Assembly: GCA_958009085.1 (NCBI GenBank) | Contig: OY253681.1 | Location: forward strand, 496,001 to 560,000 | Length of the DNA: 64,000 nucleotides | Direction: 5' to 3' | From: Protoeuglena noctilucae | Taxonomy: Eukaryota | Part shown: piece after piece, positions 23,989 through 37,534 of the stretch | How the letters are laid out: the number at the start of each line of letters is the position of its first letter | Position numbering within the stretch: position 1 is the first letter of the stretch | Made by a program: the position numbers and the translations under genes | The notes under the pieces: generated by a model | Seen by the model: the letters and a program-made list of their open reading frames with translations, nothing else | The model's database searches: none | Told to the model about the DNA's origin: nothing

Positions 23989-26900
23989 ATGTCTGCGGCT
24001 CACTCAGCCCGCACCAGCCCGCAGCGGCAGAGGCCGGGCAGATCGCGCGTGTCCAGCAGGTACGACATGCGGCTCGAGCGCCGTGCCTTGGCTCCCCAGC
24101 GGGGGCCCGGTCTCGGCTGCGCATTCAAACACCTCTGCAGCCTTCTTGAGCCCCGGGGCTTGCCCAGTAAGCCCTTTGCGGCAACCCCCCTCCGCAGGGG
24201 TTTTGGAGTGATCCGCGATCCCGATGCTGAGTCCCACAGGGCGGAGATGGCTGACTTCGCCAGCCCGACGTTCTTGGTGAGTCGCCATGGCGCACCTCGA
24301 GGACCGCGCGGCCTCTTTCGGGAACCCTTTTTCGACGGATTAAGCGCTGCTGGGAACGGATTGCGCATCGTGGCGTTCCATGGCCGGAAAACATCGGGCA
24401 TCCTTGTGGCGTGCCTGCAGAGGCCCCCGGCCGCGCGAGCCGACAGCGCGGAGGAAGATGGATATGTGGTACAGATTGTCCCGGGGATCAGCGCGCGGGT
24501 GGACTTCTCATCCGTGGGGCAGGGGCCCGGGAGGGGCCGCAGCGCCTCTGCCGGACGCGGCGCGAGCAGTCCTGGCCGCGCCGTTCGATCTAAGGGCGAA
24601 TCCTTCCTTCGGTGAGCGACGCTCTATCTCTTGCGCGTGCGGTCCATCGATTCCACCGCGCTTTGGCCGCGTCGGGGCGTCTCCAACCCTTGCCACGGTC
24701 CTACGGTCCTTGCCCCTGACCTGCAGGGACCACCACGCGATGGCACTGGCGCCGGAACGCGCATCCGACCCCGTGTTCGGTCGCCATCCAAGCCGTGGCC
24801 GCCGTGCCGACGAGCCCGCCAGCCCAGGGGTCGACGTCCCCGTGCAGCGTGGCAAGACACCGTGGCGCCCCGCGGGCCGCAGCTCCCTCTACCCGCACGG
24901 CGTCGAGATCTTCCGGCTCGGGAACCCCCGCGCCCCGTCCACGGTGCTCCGGCCGAGCGACTACAATCCCCGCGACGCCGGCCCCGGCGCGCGCCAGCAG
25001 TACGACTACCCTCCCGAGCTCCTGCAGAAGCTCGTCAGGGCGGCGGGGCGCTCGCGGCGCGCGACGCCGACCCGGGAGAAGCCCGCGCGGGGTGGCGTGG
25101 GCGACACGCGCCCCGGGTCGCCCTTTGGGGCCCAGCGGTCGTGGGCCCAGTCTGTGCAGGGGCTGGACCCGGCTGAGGTCCCCGGCTCGCCAGGTGCGTG
25201 GATTCGAGCCTGACACAACCAATATGACCATGTCTTTCGGCCTGGCTGCCGATCCCATCTCGGGTCCAAGCAGCGCCCGACCACTCAGCACGTCGACCCT
25301 CGCAGCGCCCTCGAGCCTCGCCACCCCCCCGTGGGCCACGCCGCCCGAGTCGCTGGCCGTCGATCGCTTCGGGGCCACGGGCCGCTCGAGTCGTCCCTCT
25401 CGCCGATCGGAGACGTCCCGGCACGCCTCTCCCCTGGGCACCTCCAACTCCTTCTACCTGGTGTGTCTAATGCAGAGGCCCTCTCATGCTTAGCAAGCCT
25501 CGCGTCGCCCACAAGCGACCGCTGCACCTGACGTGCGCCGCAGGGGGTGTCGGGATTCGAGAAGTCCTTCAAGAGGTCGACGTCCCGGGACGGCACGCCG
25601 GTCGAGCGACGGACGTCGGCCAGCGCGACGCACAGCATGACCTTCGCAGAGCGCTTCCAGCGCATGTCCGGCATGCTGCGCGCCTACGAGCCCCCGCCCG
25701 ACGCCGCGGGCAAGCCTGCCTTCCGTGCCGGTGAGGCATAACGGCCGTTGGGTCCGGGTGTGCTGTGCACCCTCTCGGGCCGTGCTGGTGTGGACCCGTG
25801 TGGTTGACGTGGCGGGGAGCACGTCACGCATCGCCACATGCAACCGCACCCTCGCTGCACCCCCACAGGCCCGGCTGCCATGACGGAGGAACGCCGTCGG
25901 CTGCTCTCCCTGCGATCGTCCGCGAACGCCCTCAACCGCCTCGAGTTCGCATCGACGTCCGCCGCCGGCCAGACGGCGCTCTCGGAGGCGCCCCGAGGGG
26001 CCCGGGACGGCAGCCCACTCTCGGGGTCCGTGGCCGGCCTCAGCGCCCCGGCCCGCGGCCTCACCCGCACCCTCAGCCCGTCCAGCGCATCCGAATGGGG
26101 CCTCTACACCGACTGGGGCGGCATGAGCATCGCCAGCACGCGCGCGGTGAGGCGCCTCGATGGCTCTCAATGGATGCCCTGTGCCATGTTGCCATCCACC
26201 GGCACCTCACCCTATGCGCTGCCGCTTCCCCGCCCCCCGCAGCCTCCCCCGGAGCCGCTGCTGCACCCCAAGAACGAGGTCTTGGTGGTGGATTCCCCCC
26301 AGACCGGCCGACGCGACCGCTTCTGGTCGCCCTCGCGCCGCAGCCTCGCGGGTGCGGCCGCCCCCGCCGACGCCCCCTCGGCCCTGCGCGCGTCCACCGC
26401 GTCCCTGCACGACCGCCGCATGACCTGGGACCGCACCTCCATGTCCGCCACGTCCCAGCGCTCCCTGGGGTCCTCTCGGGTGTTTGAGGAGGGCGTCTCG
26501 GACTCGATGCACCTCACGGGGGCGTCACGCCCCAGCAGCGCCCGCGGCGACGGGCCCAGCAGCGCCCGCGGTGACCGGCCCGGTGCGCAGGGCGGGGCCG
26601 CGGGGACCAGCCGCGACCGGCCTGGCCCCGCGGCTGGCTCGGTGGCGCGTGAGGCGTCCTCGGGAGCCCTGGAGGGCCTGCCCCTGGCCATCCCGAGCAG
26701 CGTGGAGGAGGAGCCGCTGGCGGAGGGCGCGGAGGCCATGCAGGCGATCCACGAGCAGGAGGCGAGGGTGCGGCGGGAGATGGAGCGGCTGCGGGCGCTG
26801 CTGTCCGTGTCGGGGGCGAAGCCGGGGGCAGAGGGGCCGGCCGGCGGGGAGCGGGATGTGGCGGGGGCCGCTGCGTCTGGCGAAGCGGGGACTGGCGTGG

Positions 26901-29900
26901 GGATGGGCCACGGCAGGGACGCGGGTGGGGCGGAGGGCCGGCCTCGACGTCACCTGCGCCGCGCCAGCAGCAGCCTGGTGCAGCGGTCGTTTGCGATGGG
27001 TCTGTCCGACGACGAGGATCGGAGCAGCGTGGAGGAGGGGGTCGAGGGGAGCGGAGCGGGGCACGTGGCGGGCAACGCGGCAGGCGGTGCGGAGGCGGGC
27101 GAGGGGCGTCCAGGCAGTGTCCCTGCCGCAGGGTGGGGCGTGCGCGGGGACAGCAACGCGGATTCGGCGGCTGAGGTGCTGCGCCCGTCGCTGCGGCTGG
27201 CGGCCGGCCTGTGGTCCGAGGATGGGACCCCAGAGGGCAGCGTGGCGCCCCTCTCCCGGGCAGGCGACAGCAGGGACTTGGGGCTGGACGCAGCACAAGT
27301 GACGCAGGGCGCGGGGGGCGGGCAGGGCACCACCACCCGCACGGCGGACGGCGCCGGTGCGCCACGCGAGGTCGCGTCGGCTTCGAGAGCTCCCTTGGCG
27401 GGCCCGCATGCCTCGCCCCCTGCACCCGCACCTGGGTCACCCCCGGCGGCCCATGCGGCGCCGGGCGGGTCCCCTGCGTCGATGTCGCCGCCCGCGCCTG
27501 CCACGACGACGCAGGAGCGGCTGGCTGCCATGGACGCCCAGATGGCCGCGCTCACCAGGGAGCTGATGCGCACGGGGACGTCGACCAGCTCCAACGCCAG
27601 CGGCAGGGGTGGGTCCGCGGCGGCAGGAAGCGCCAGGACGCCGGGTGCTGGAGCCGGCGACGGGGAGTGGGACGGCGCGGGCGCAGGGTCGAGACAGGCG
27701 GGGCAGGGTGCGATGGCTGGGCCGGCTTCCGTCGCCAGTGGGGAGGGGTCGGGCAGCGAGGGTCCCATGATGGGCGCGGGCTCGCAGGGTGCCGGGCGCG
27801 TGCTGACGTCGACATTCAGCATGAGCAGCTCGCGGCAGGCATCCGTGGGCCGGGAGGTCAGCCGGGGCAGCTCCGCCAAGGACGGCGCGGGGCTCGGGGT
27901 CGCCCACCACGGTGCGGCGGGGAACTCCTTCCTCTCGCCGATCGCGTCCATGGAGGCCGATCCACCGATGGAGGCGGGCGCAGCGGCGATGGTCGCGCAG
28001 TCGGCGTGGGCGCCAGCGGGGTCGAACTCCAAGGCCCGCGAGGGTCCTCGCCACGGGGGCAACGCCTTTCTGACGGAAGAGGAGGACGGGGACGAGGACC
28101 CGGCACCGATCGCGGACTCGACCTCACGGCATGTGCTGCGCGGGTCGGGCGAATGGGGCTCGGCGGCGGGGGCAGAGGCGGCAAGGGCAGAGGGCGGGCG
28201 TGCGGGGGAGCGCATGACGGCCGCCGCCGGCAGCAATCCGTTCGAGGGCTCCAGCGAGGCCAGCTCTCGCGAGCGCAGCGGGCGGTGGGCCTCGGCGGAG
28301 GGCGCGGCCCTGGGCGTTGTTAACGCGTCCGTGGACGTGTCGCTTTCGATGGACCCCGATGCCAAGGCGGGATCCGAGAGAGCGTCTGAGGGTGGGGCTC
28401 TCGAGGAGCTCAACCGCACGTCGGAGCCTGGGAGTGCCATGGGAGAGGGCCCGGCCGAGTACGGGGGGCTGCTCAGCTCGTCGCCGGAGGATGACCTGCG
28501 GCCGGGCGGTGGGGGCAGGGGCTTGGGGCTGCGGTACCAGCAGGACTGGGGTGCGCGGGGGGGCGGAGGCGGGGGCGGAGGCGCGGGTGGAGGCGGGGCT
28601 GCTCAGGGTCTCCGGTACCAGAGCTGGGGTGCGGGGGAGGGCTCCAGTGCGCAGGGGCAGGGTTTTCAGGAGGGCCCCACCCGTTCAGCTTCCGCTGAGC
28701 GTGGTGGGGCCGATGCTCCCGGGGGTGCGGGCGCGGCGGGGGCACCGCATGCGGCAGAGTCGGCGTGCCGTGCATCGGAGTTGGCGCCCCTTTCACCGGG
28801 ATGGGCAAGTGACGGAGAGTCGCTCCCAGGCGCAGCGCATCGGGGAGACTTGGGGGACCAGGTGACGGCGACTGTCGGCGGATATGAAGACGACGGCGCA
28901 GACTTTGATCTGGATGATGCCCAATTGCGTGCTGGGGGAGGGGTGTCGGGCGCGAGGGGCGGCGGCAGTCACACGGGGGACGTGGGGGGCGGTGCCTGGG
29001 GCGCGCCTGCCACGCCCGCGCATACCGTGGACCATGACGACTACGAGGTGTCCGACCTGAGCAGCCCCGCTGCGTTGGGGACGGCTGGGGGCCGGGCGCC
29101 CGCCACAGCGCCTGGCGAGCGGGTCAGGTGGGGGGTGCAGGAAGGGGGGCAGTCGCCGGTGGATGCGACACAGAGCGAGGTCGAGGCGGGTCCAGGGGTG
29201 GGAGACGCTGCGCCGTCAAGGGCCGAGCTGTGCGGCCAGACGCCGACGCGCCTGTTTGCTGGCAGGGAAGGCACGGGCGGGGCGGACGACAGCGCTGCCA
29301 GGGCAGATGAAGGTGTGCGTGCCGGCTCAGTATCGGAGGCGCAGAGTGGCAGAGGTGGCGAGGGAAGGAACGCGGATGAGGCGGGCGGGGAGGGGTCGGT
29401 GCCGGTTCTTGCACGGGTGCTGCGGAGGGCGTCGCATCGCACCGAGAGCATCGTTTCGGAGATCAGTATCCGCGCGGGCGAGGGCATCTACGAGCGCGGC
29501 GCTGGCGTCCAGCGAAGCCGACCCCAGGCACCCGGCAAGCGAGCTGCGGGGCCTGCTTACCCAGCAGACAGGGCGTCTGGGAGGGCAGCTGGGGCAGCAG
29601 GGGCAGCGCGGCGACCTGGCAGCCCCGGCCGCGTTCCGTGGGACTCGACCAAGCGCGTGGTGCCGCCGCCCTTCACGCCCTACACCCTGGCGGCGCCCAT
29701 GCAGGCGCCCATGCCTGGCGCGGCCAAGGGCGCCCAGTTGACAGCCCACGCACCGCCGGCTGCCTCTGCCCGGCCTACCTCGGCGGGGCCCAAGTCGCGC
29801 CCCTCTCCGTCGCTCGGGGGGGCCGCTGCCAAGGCCCCTGCGCGAGACGGCTCACGAGGCAGAGGCGACGACCGTGCCGCAACGAGGCCGGGGTCTGCCG

Positions 29901-32900
29901 GCCGACCAGGAACTGCAACGGGGCCGTCGCAGCGTCCGTCGAGCGCGGACCGAAGGCGGGGATCGGGCAGCGCCGTGAAGGCTCGCGACGGTGCGGTGAG
30001 GGGGGCCACTGAGGTGCACCCGTCGCGTCCGACGGAGGAGAGTGCTGGACTGGCACGACAGCAACGGCGCGGCTCGACCTCGCAGCCCGTTGCGACAGGC
30101 AAGGGAGGGGGCAGCGACTCGGTGGCAACAGAGGCGCGGACGGGGCGCACGGAGGAGTCTGCATGGCTCGTGGAAGCATGGGTTGATGAGAGCGTGGGGC
30201 GTAGGCCAAGCGAGGCTGCCCCTGGCGACGAGGTGGCGAAGCCGGGAGACGATGGGGGAAAAGCGAGCACCGGCCGGGCAGATGCGGAGCTGTCGTGGAA
30301 GCTGGGGAGGGCCAAGGAGGCGCTGGCGGCTGCGGGGGAGGCGGCGCTGCGGCTACGGTCCCGCCGCGGCAGCCATGCGTCTTCCCTCGCGGAGGTATCG
30401 GGGCCGGTCGACGCACCCATGCAAGTCGCGTCCCAGCACGCTCCACAAGCTCAGACATCCACCGACCTTGCCACAGCAACGGGGCGGGCAGGCCAGCCCC
30501 CAGCCGGGCCCGTTCATGGCGCGGGTGGTCCACGCGCGGCAGTCGCCTCCGCAGTCGGAGACGGCGAGGCGACGGGGGCGACCGGCGTGACCCGGCAACA
30601 TGCGCCAGTGGCATCCGGTGCACTGGGCGATTTGCAGCAGCCGAGCCAACCCCGTCCGGAGGAGCCCACGAGCCCCGGTGTCGACGTCCTGCCCTCATAC
30701 ATGACGTCGCCGATCCGCCGGGCCGTCGCCCCTCATCGGCCCGGGAAAGACGACGCCGCAGGAGCGGCGGGGTACGTCCCTGCCGCCAGCCCCAACACGC
30801 TGGGCCGGCGCACGCAGAGCCTCATCGCGGACAAGTACACGCGGATGCTGGTGATGGAGGCGCTGGGGCTGTCCGGGACGGGCGCTGATGGGAGTGGTGC
30901 CGGGGCAGGGTCGGTGCTGGCTGCGATTGAGAACCAGCCTGGGCTGAAGCGAGCCGCCAGCGCCGACAAGCCCAAGGGCAGCCCGCGGGGGCCGGTGGAC
31001 GGCGGGGCACGCGCGATAGCCGGGCGCAAGCGAGAGGGTACGCCCAGCAAGTCCCCCGTGACACGCAAGCGCCTGAGCGTGGGCCCCCCGCCCTCCCCGC
31101 GACGCGACGGCAGCGATGCTTCACCTCTGCCAGGCCCTCTTCGTCGCTACACCACGTGGCTGGAGTCCTCTTTGTCCCCGGAGGCTCTGAGGGCGCCTGA
31201 GTTGGGGCCTGAGTTCGACCCAGCGATGGGGACTGCAACGGGGCCCGAGACGGGTGCGACGGATGGAGATGCCACCCCCGGGCGCGGTGGCCCTGCCGCA
31301 GCGCTGGCGACGTCGGACGCCCAGGTCAGGGCATCGCCGTCGGGCAGGCGGGGTGCAGGGGCAGCGCCTCCCGACGGCCGGCCCATGACGATGGGCAGGT
31401 GGGAGTCGGGATCGGTGTGGGGCACTCCCGAGGGGAGCCGCAGCGAGGCGTTGTCTGAGGCGGCGTGGCCCTCTGCGGACGCCCCCGCTATGCTGCGCGG
31501 GCGGCCCGGGGAGTCCGTGCGTGGTGCCGGCCGCTTGGGACAGCGCGGGTCCCCTGCCGCCCCTTCGCACGCGGTGGCGACCGGGCGCGACGTGGCTCTC
31601 ACCGAGGCGCCGGCGGGAGCAGTGCCGGTGGTCCAGAGTGGCGAGGGTCCTGGTGTGGGCCTGGAGAGGTTCCTCTCTGTGGAGTCCGCCGCCCCAGTCT
31701 GGCGTGGCGCCAGTCTCCCGCCAGCCACCGAGGGCCTCGCAGCGACTGAAGCGGAGACGGGGCACAGCGGCAGGCACGGCGAGAGGGACAGCAAGGGAGC
31801 CCAGGTGGCCGCGCCAAGCACGCACGTCTCGGCCAGTGGTGGACCTCCCACGACACATGACGCGTCAGCCAGCAATGGAGGGGCCGGTGGGGCCGACGAC
31901 GTCGGGGAGATGCCAGGCTCCTCTCATTCTCACGGTGACGTGCCAGGTGCCTCGCTTCGCATGGCGCCCTCGAGTCCCGCCCGCACTCCGCTGCCCTCGA
32001 GCGCGGTCCGCGTCTCCACACCGACCCCCGACTCTGCCGGGAACGCTTCCTTCTTCAGCGCCGGGACCGATCCCGCGCGAGAGGCGCGCCTTGCGGGCGG
32101 CGTGGCGGGCCGCGACGCCTCGGCTACCCGAGCGCGGGCGGCCACGGAATTCCACGAGTGCGTGTCGGTGCAGGGCGGACCTGTGCACGCGTCGGCGCAC
32201 GAGGCGAGGGAGGTAGCGGCGCGTGGGCTCCCGCGGGTGTCCAGCGCCGGGGGCATGGGGGGAGCGGAGGCGATGCCCTCAACCACCGGCCGCCTCCGTG
32301 CTGCCTCCGCTGCTGCTGGGGAGCCACCTGGCGCGAGGAGCGCCTGGCGTGGATCCCACGATGGCGAGGGGGATACCTCTGACTGGCACGGAACTGGGGA
32401 CGCGTCGGTGGAGGCGATCGCAGGCGACGTCGAGCCTGGGGTGGGTATAACCGCCGTGGAGGTGGCAGGCACGTTTGGTGCTTGGAACGCCCGAGACGCT
32501 GGGGACGCTTTGGCTGCTGGTGAGAGCGGCAGAGTTCCGGAGAGATGGGCGGCGGAGACGGGGCAGGCGCCGGGATCTGAGGGAGGGGCGGGCGAGGTGC
32601 CGGGAGGGGGTGGGGCCACAACGGCGGCGTCACCAACAGCGCGTGAAGTCCGATCTACTGCCACGGAAGACGGGCGCGACGATCAAGAAGCCGACCCGGC
32701 CCCGGCGCTGGTACCTGCATTCGAGGAAAGCTCGTCAGTCAGTCCAAAGGATGCAGCCCTCACAGCACCGAGCACAGCGGACCTCGACTTCGCTGCCCGG
32801 CCATTGGGGGCCAAGCGTGGGGCTCCCGAGTCGCCAGGGCTGCTGAGCCCCCGCGAGGGCAGTCGCCGCAAGGAGGAGGAGATGGAATTCGAGGCCACGC

Positions 32901-35900
32901 TGTCACCGGGGCGGCTGTCGTTCGATGCGGCTGGGACGGACGGAGGGGCGCAAGACGGGGCGTCAGGGAGCGGCGCAGAGGGGGAACAGGACGCGGACAG
33001 CCGCGATGCCGGGGCCGCGCGAGCGACGGAGGACGAGGGCGAGGGCCGGGAGGACGCAGCGGAGGCCGCGACTGGGGTCGGGCCTTTCGCGGGTGATGGC
33101 CCATCCGTCGCTGACCCGGCAGCTCCCGTGGGCTCTGTGTTGCATGGCATGCAGCACGCTGCCTTCCCAGAAGCGCCAGGCACCCCCCGCTCGCCGCGCT
33201 CGCCCTCTGCTGCGGACCCCTCGGCCCTCGCGTCGCCCCCGGTGTCGCCAGACAGCCCTCCTGGTCCCATCGCCACCGCCGCCGTCACCACCACCCCGCC
33301 CCCACAGCCCCCTGCCCTTGCCCGGGTTCTGTCCACCCCGCCGCGCTCCGCTGAGCCTGGGAGCCCCTCGTCGACATCCACGCGGTCGCCCATGCCTCTG
33401 CTGGACGCGTTTGACGGGGGCCTGTTCTTCGCGGAGGGGTCGGAGGCAGAGGTGGGGCGCGGCGGGCGAGGGCGGGGGAAGACGCGGGGCCGGGTGCTGG
33501 GGGACTTCGGCAGCCTGGACAAAGTGACCTCCCGACTGCGCGTGGCGTGGGGCACGGACGACGCGCTGGGTGAGGGCGGCGCAATGGACGCTCTTGATAC
33601 AGCAGAGGCGGCCGAGTGGGTGCCCCCAGTGGGCGAGGCAGGGTCAGGGCACGAGGCAGGGGGTCTCGACGAGGGGCCATCCGCAAGGAAGGCTCAGGAG
33701 GGGCTGCCCCCTGTGGTGCCGGGCGATGTTGGCGGTGCGGCCAGCGATGGCGACGGCAACGGCGTCGTCTCCAGTCACGGCGTTGCGAGCAGCGACGGGG
33801 ACGAGTCGGGGAGTGGGTCGGAGTGGGGGGACGAGCGCGTCGCGTCGGGCGTGGCGCGCGCGCGGATGCTGGAGGAGGCGGCGGTGGCGGCGCTGGTGTG
33901 GCTGCGGGAGGGCACGCAGAGGCGGGCCAACTCGCTGCCGAGCCCGACCGTGCTGCAGGCCGTGCTGCGTGGCGAGGTGGACGTGTCGCTGGGCGGGAAC
34001 GCGCCTCTGCTGCCGCGACAGCACTCCGAAGACGGAGAAGGGACCCACGCCCGCGGCCGAGGGGACACAGCCGCGCCATCAGACGGGGCCGGAGTCGCGG
34101 GGAGCCCCGGTGCAAGGGGCGCCGTTGAGTCACTGTCCGGGCCGACCCGCAGCGTCTTCCGCCTCGCAGCGGCGCAGTCCACAGCGGCAGAGGCATCGGG
34201 GTCGGACCCACCACCGCTGCCGAGCCCCCCTGCCCGCGAGAGCCGCTTCTCGCCCGGGCGCTGGGCGGCTGAGCCGGCTCCAGCGTCCGTGGCAGCCCTG
34301 GCCCGGCAGCTCGAGGCGGGCGAGTGGCCATCGCCCGCGCCAATCGCCCGTGCCCCTGCCGACGCCGCCACCCCCTCCGGGCGCGTGCGCGAGCTCACCG
34401 AGCAGCTGCAGTTCCAGTTGCGGAGCCGCAACCTCGACGACCCCTCATCCAATTACGAGTCCGCGCCTGGGGCCCCGACGACCGGGATCAAGCCCACCGC
34501 CGCGCGCCGGCTGCCCCCCGGGGCCGTCGCGACGCCGTTCGCGGCGCAGCGCCTTTCCCAGGGCACGCTGGACTCCCCCGGGCCCACCCCCAAGGCCAGG
34601 CCCGCCACGGCCAACTCCGCGACGTCCCCGTTGGCCGGCCTCTCCGACACGTTTGAGGCTGGGCTGGTCTCTTCGCCCTCGTTCGCCTTCGTCGAGGGGC
34701 AGTCCGCTACCGATGCAGGCTCTCCCAAGACACGCGATGCATCCGTGACTGCGGGCACAGGGGTAGGCCTGTCCCATGCCCTCACCGGAGCATCGCGTGT
34801 GCCTGCCGGGGCACCCGCCTCTGCTCCGTCGCGCACTGCCGCTGCGGCCTCGACCACGACAGACGCAGAGGCATCGGCACCTGCGACCCTGGGCCCCGGC
34901 ACAGAGCCCGCTGCCCCTGGCGAGCGGCCGGCGCCTGCGAAAGCGCCTCCCGCCCCGCCCTTGCCTGCGGCCCTGCGCCAGTCTGCTCCCAAGCCCCGGG
35001 CGCCCTCCGCGGCCCCTCCTGTGCCGGCAGCGCTGTTGCGCAAGGGCTCTGCTCCCGTGCGGTCCGCCTCGCTGGGCCCCATCGTGGTCCCCACGGGCCC
35101 CGCCCCAGTCTCGCCCTCGTCCACCCAGGCCAGCAAGAAGCCCGCGCAGGCCCCGCCCCTTCCCGCGAGCCTCGCGAAGAAGCCCCGCGTGGGGCCCGCG
35201 CCCCCGCTGCCACCGTCCTTGGCGCCCAAGACCAAGCCCCCGCCTGCGCCTGGTCCTGCGCCTGCCGCACCACCCCCGCCATCCCTCGCAAAGGGCAAGG
35301 CGGCCGCTCCCCCCGCGCCAGGGGGCAAGGCCCCGCCCGCCCCCCCCCCTCCCGTGCCGCCCTTGCTGGGCAAGAAGCTGGCCCCGCCGCCCCCTCTGCC
35401 GCCCAAGGCCCCTGCCAAGGCCGCGCCGGCGGCCAAGGAGGGCGCGGCGTCGGAGGAGGGCCCCGCGAGCGCGTCCCGGCTCAAGCTGCGCCTGAAGCCT
35501 CTCCACTGGGAGAAGCTGGTGGCGCGAGCGGGGACGGTGTGGGAGCGATTGTTGTCGCAGGAGGAGGCAGCGGGCGTGGACTGGGCCGAGCTGGAACGAC
35601 TTTTCGCAATCCAGTACTCGGAGGCGGCGCAGCGGCTGGCGGACGCCCAGCGCGCGGGGCGGCCGGCGCGGGGTGGCACCATCCACATCGTCGGGGCAAG
35701 GCGGGCGCACCTGCTGGGCATCGAGCTGTCCGGGGTGCGGCTGGCGCTGGCCGAGGTGTGCGCGGCGGTGCTCTCCTTCGACGCGCAGGCCCTGTCCGGC
35801 GGGCAGCTGGAGGTCCTGGCGCGCGCCGTGCCCACTGCGGACGAGCGCGCCGAGCTGGAGGCGTACGCGCGGGGGGAGCACCCGCGGCACCCGGGCCTCA

Positions 35901-37402
35901 GCGACCCGGGGATGCTGGCGGCGGTCGACCGCTACTTCCTGCAGGTGATGCGGGCGCTGGGTCGGTCGCCTTTGCCCCTCGCTGGTTCAAGCCAGGCGGG
36001 TTGTTCTGGTGCCAACAGTCTCTATTCGTGCCTCGTCCCGCAGATCCTCCCCCTCCCTCGGCTCGAGGGCCGCCTCAAGGCCCTGGAGGTGTGCATGGGG
36101 GGCGGCGTCCGTGCGCAGCAGCTGGGGGCGGCGCTGGCGTCGGTGGTCGAGGCGTGCGAGGCGCTGCGGGCGAGCGCGGCCTTCCAGCGCACGCTGCGGA
36201 GCGTCCTGCAGGTCGGCAACTTCATGAACGACGGCACGGCCCGCGGGGGCGCGGCCGGCTTCCGCCTGGCCTTTCTGCTGTCGCTGGCGGACGTGCGCGC
36301 GTCCACCGACAAGGACACGAGCGTGCTGCACTTCCTGGTCGAGCAGTCGGAGGCCGAGGGGGGCGACGGCGGCATGGTGGCGCTCCCGCGCGAGCTCTCC
36401 GCCGTGACGCGTGCCGCGGCCGTGGACCTCCCGGCCGTGGGGCAGGCCCTGGGGGAGCTGGCGGGGGCGCTGCGCCGCGCTGACGCCGAGGTGGCCGCGG
36501 CCGAGCGCCTGCGGGCGGAGGAGGAGGCGGCGCCTCTCAGCACCGTGGATGCCGCCCTCTGTTCCGCGACGGGGCTCGACCCGCTCACGGTGGCCGCCTC
36601 CCACGCGGCCTTCCTCGGGCGCACGCGCGGGGACCTCTCGGCCCTCGCCGCGACGCTCGCGGGCGTGCGCGCGATGGAGGACCGGGCGCGCGCGTCCCTC
36701 GAGGCCCTGAGCGCCTTCTTTGGGGAGGCCCACTCGGCCGCCCAGCCCACGGCCGTACTGCGCACGGTGGCGGGCTTCCTCCGCGACGTGGACCGGGCCA
36801 TGGCGGACGTGCGGCAGCGGCGCAAGGAGGAGGCGGAGCGCGCGGCCAGGTGGGGCTGGCTCGCGGCGGCTGGGGTGGCGGCCGGGGCTGTTGTGGTATA
36901 TATTGAGTTGAAACGGGTGCCTCGGTGTGTGTCGCCCCGCAGAGCCTTGAGAGGTGCGGTAAGCGCCTCGGGGGTCCCCAGCGGCATGCAGACGCCCAGG
37001 GCAGCGGTGGTCGACGACGCGGCTGGGGGTCCGGGGTTGGACCCCGCGACCCCGGATGCGGCGGTGCTGGCGGCCAAGCTGGCGGGGGTGGTGGAGGAGC
37101 AGGGCGCCGAGGACCACCGGCGCGCGGGCAGCGCTGTCTGGAGCGCCAGGCGAGGGGCAGGGAGGGCGCAGGGGGTAGGTCTGTTGCCGGCATCGGCAGC
37201 CATATGGGAGGAGTCACGGCCACCGCCTGCACCGTGTGCTTGCAGGAGTGGGCAGGGCACGCCCATGCAGTCGACGACGCCGTCCCGGGCCCCCGCCACT
37301 CCCCAGACGTCTCGGAGGTCGTTGATGGCGGACCTCACCCTCCTCAGCGGGGAAGGGCAGACCTCACCTGGCGGTGGCGACGCAGGCCAGCGCAGGACAT
37401 AG
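23989..37402 (+). CDS. Giant formin: very long low-complexity N-terminus + FH1 + FH2; 5' exons uncertain
   Basis: 3854-aa ORF at 25838-37402 with poly-Pro FH1 tracts (about 34920-35420) and FH2 (RLKPLHWEKL..TVWE..RRAHLLGIEL..LQVGNFMNDGTARGGAAGFRL..TSVLHFLV). Upstream exons at 24421-24611 and 24728-25193 are phase-compatible with each other. Confidence 0.85.
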
Positions 37403-37534
37403 GCACGTGCTGCGGATTGCTTCATGTTCCTCTTCACTCTAGGATTGGCCGAAACTGTCTTCTGTATCTTGGTGGTTCAACATTCGTGACACACGGCTGA
37501 CCGGCCGCCCAGTTGTGCGGCCCGCTAGCGTTCC

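Noticed and set aside
26531..26581. 24-bp tandem duplication (PSSARGD) in the formin N-terminus
   Set aside because: Only two copies in low-complexity coding sequence; ordinary slippage.
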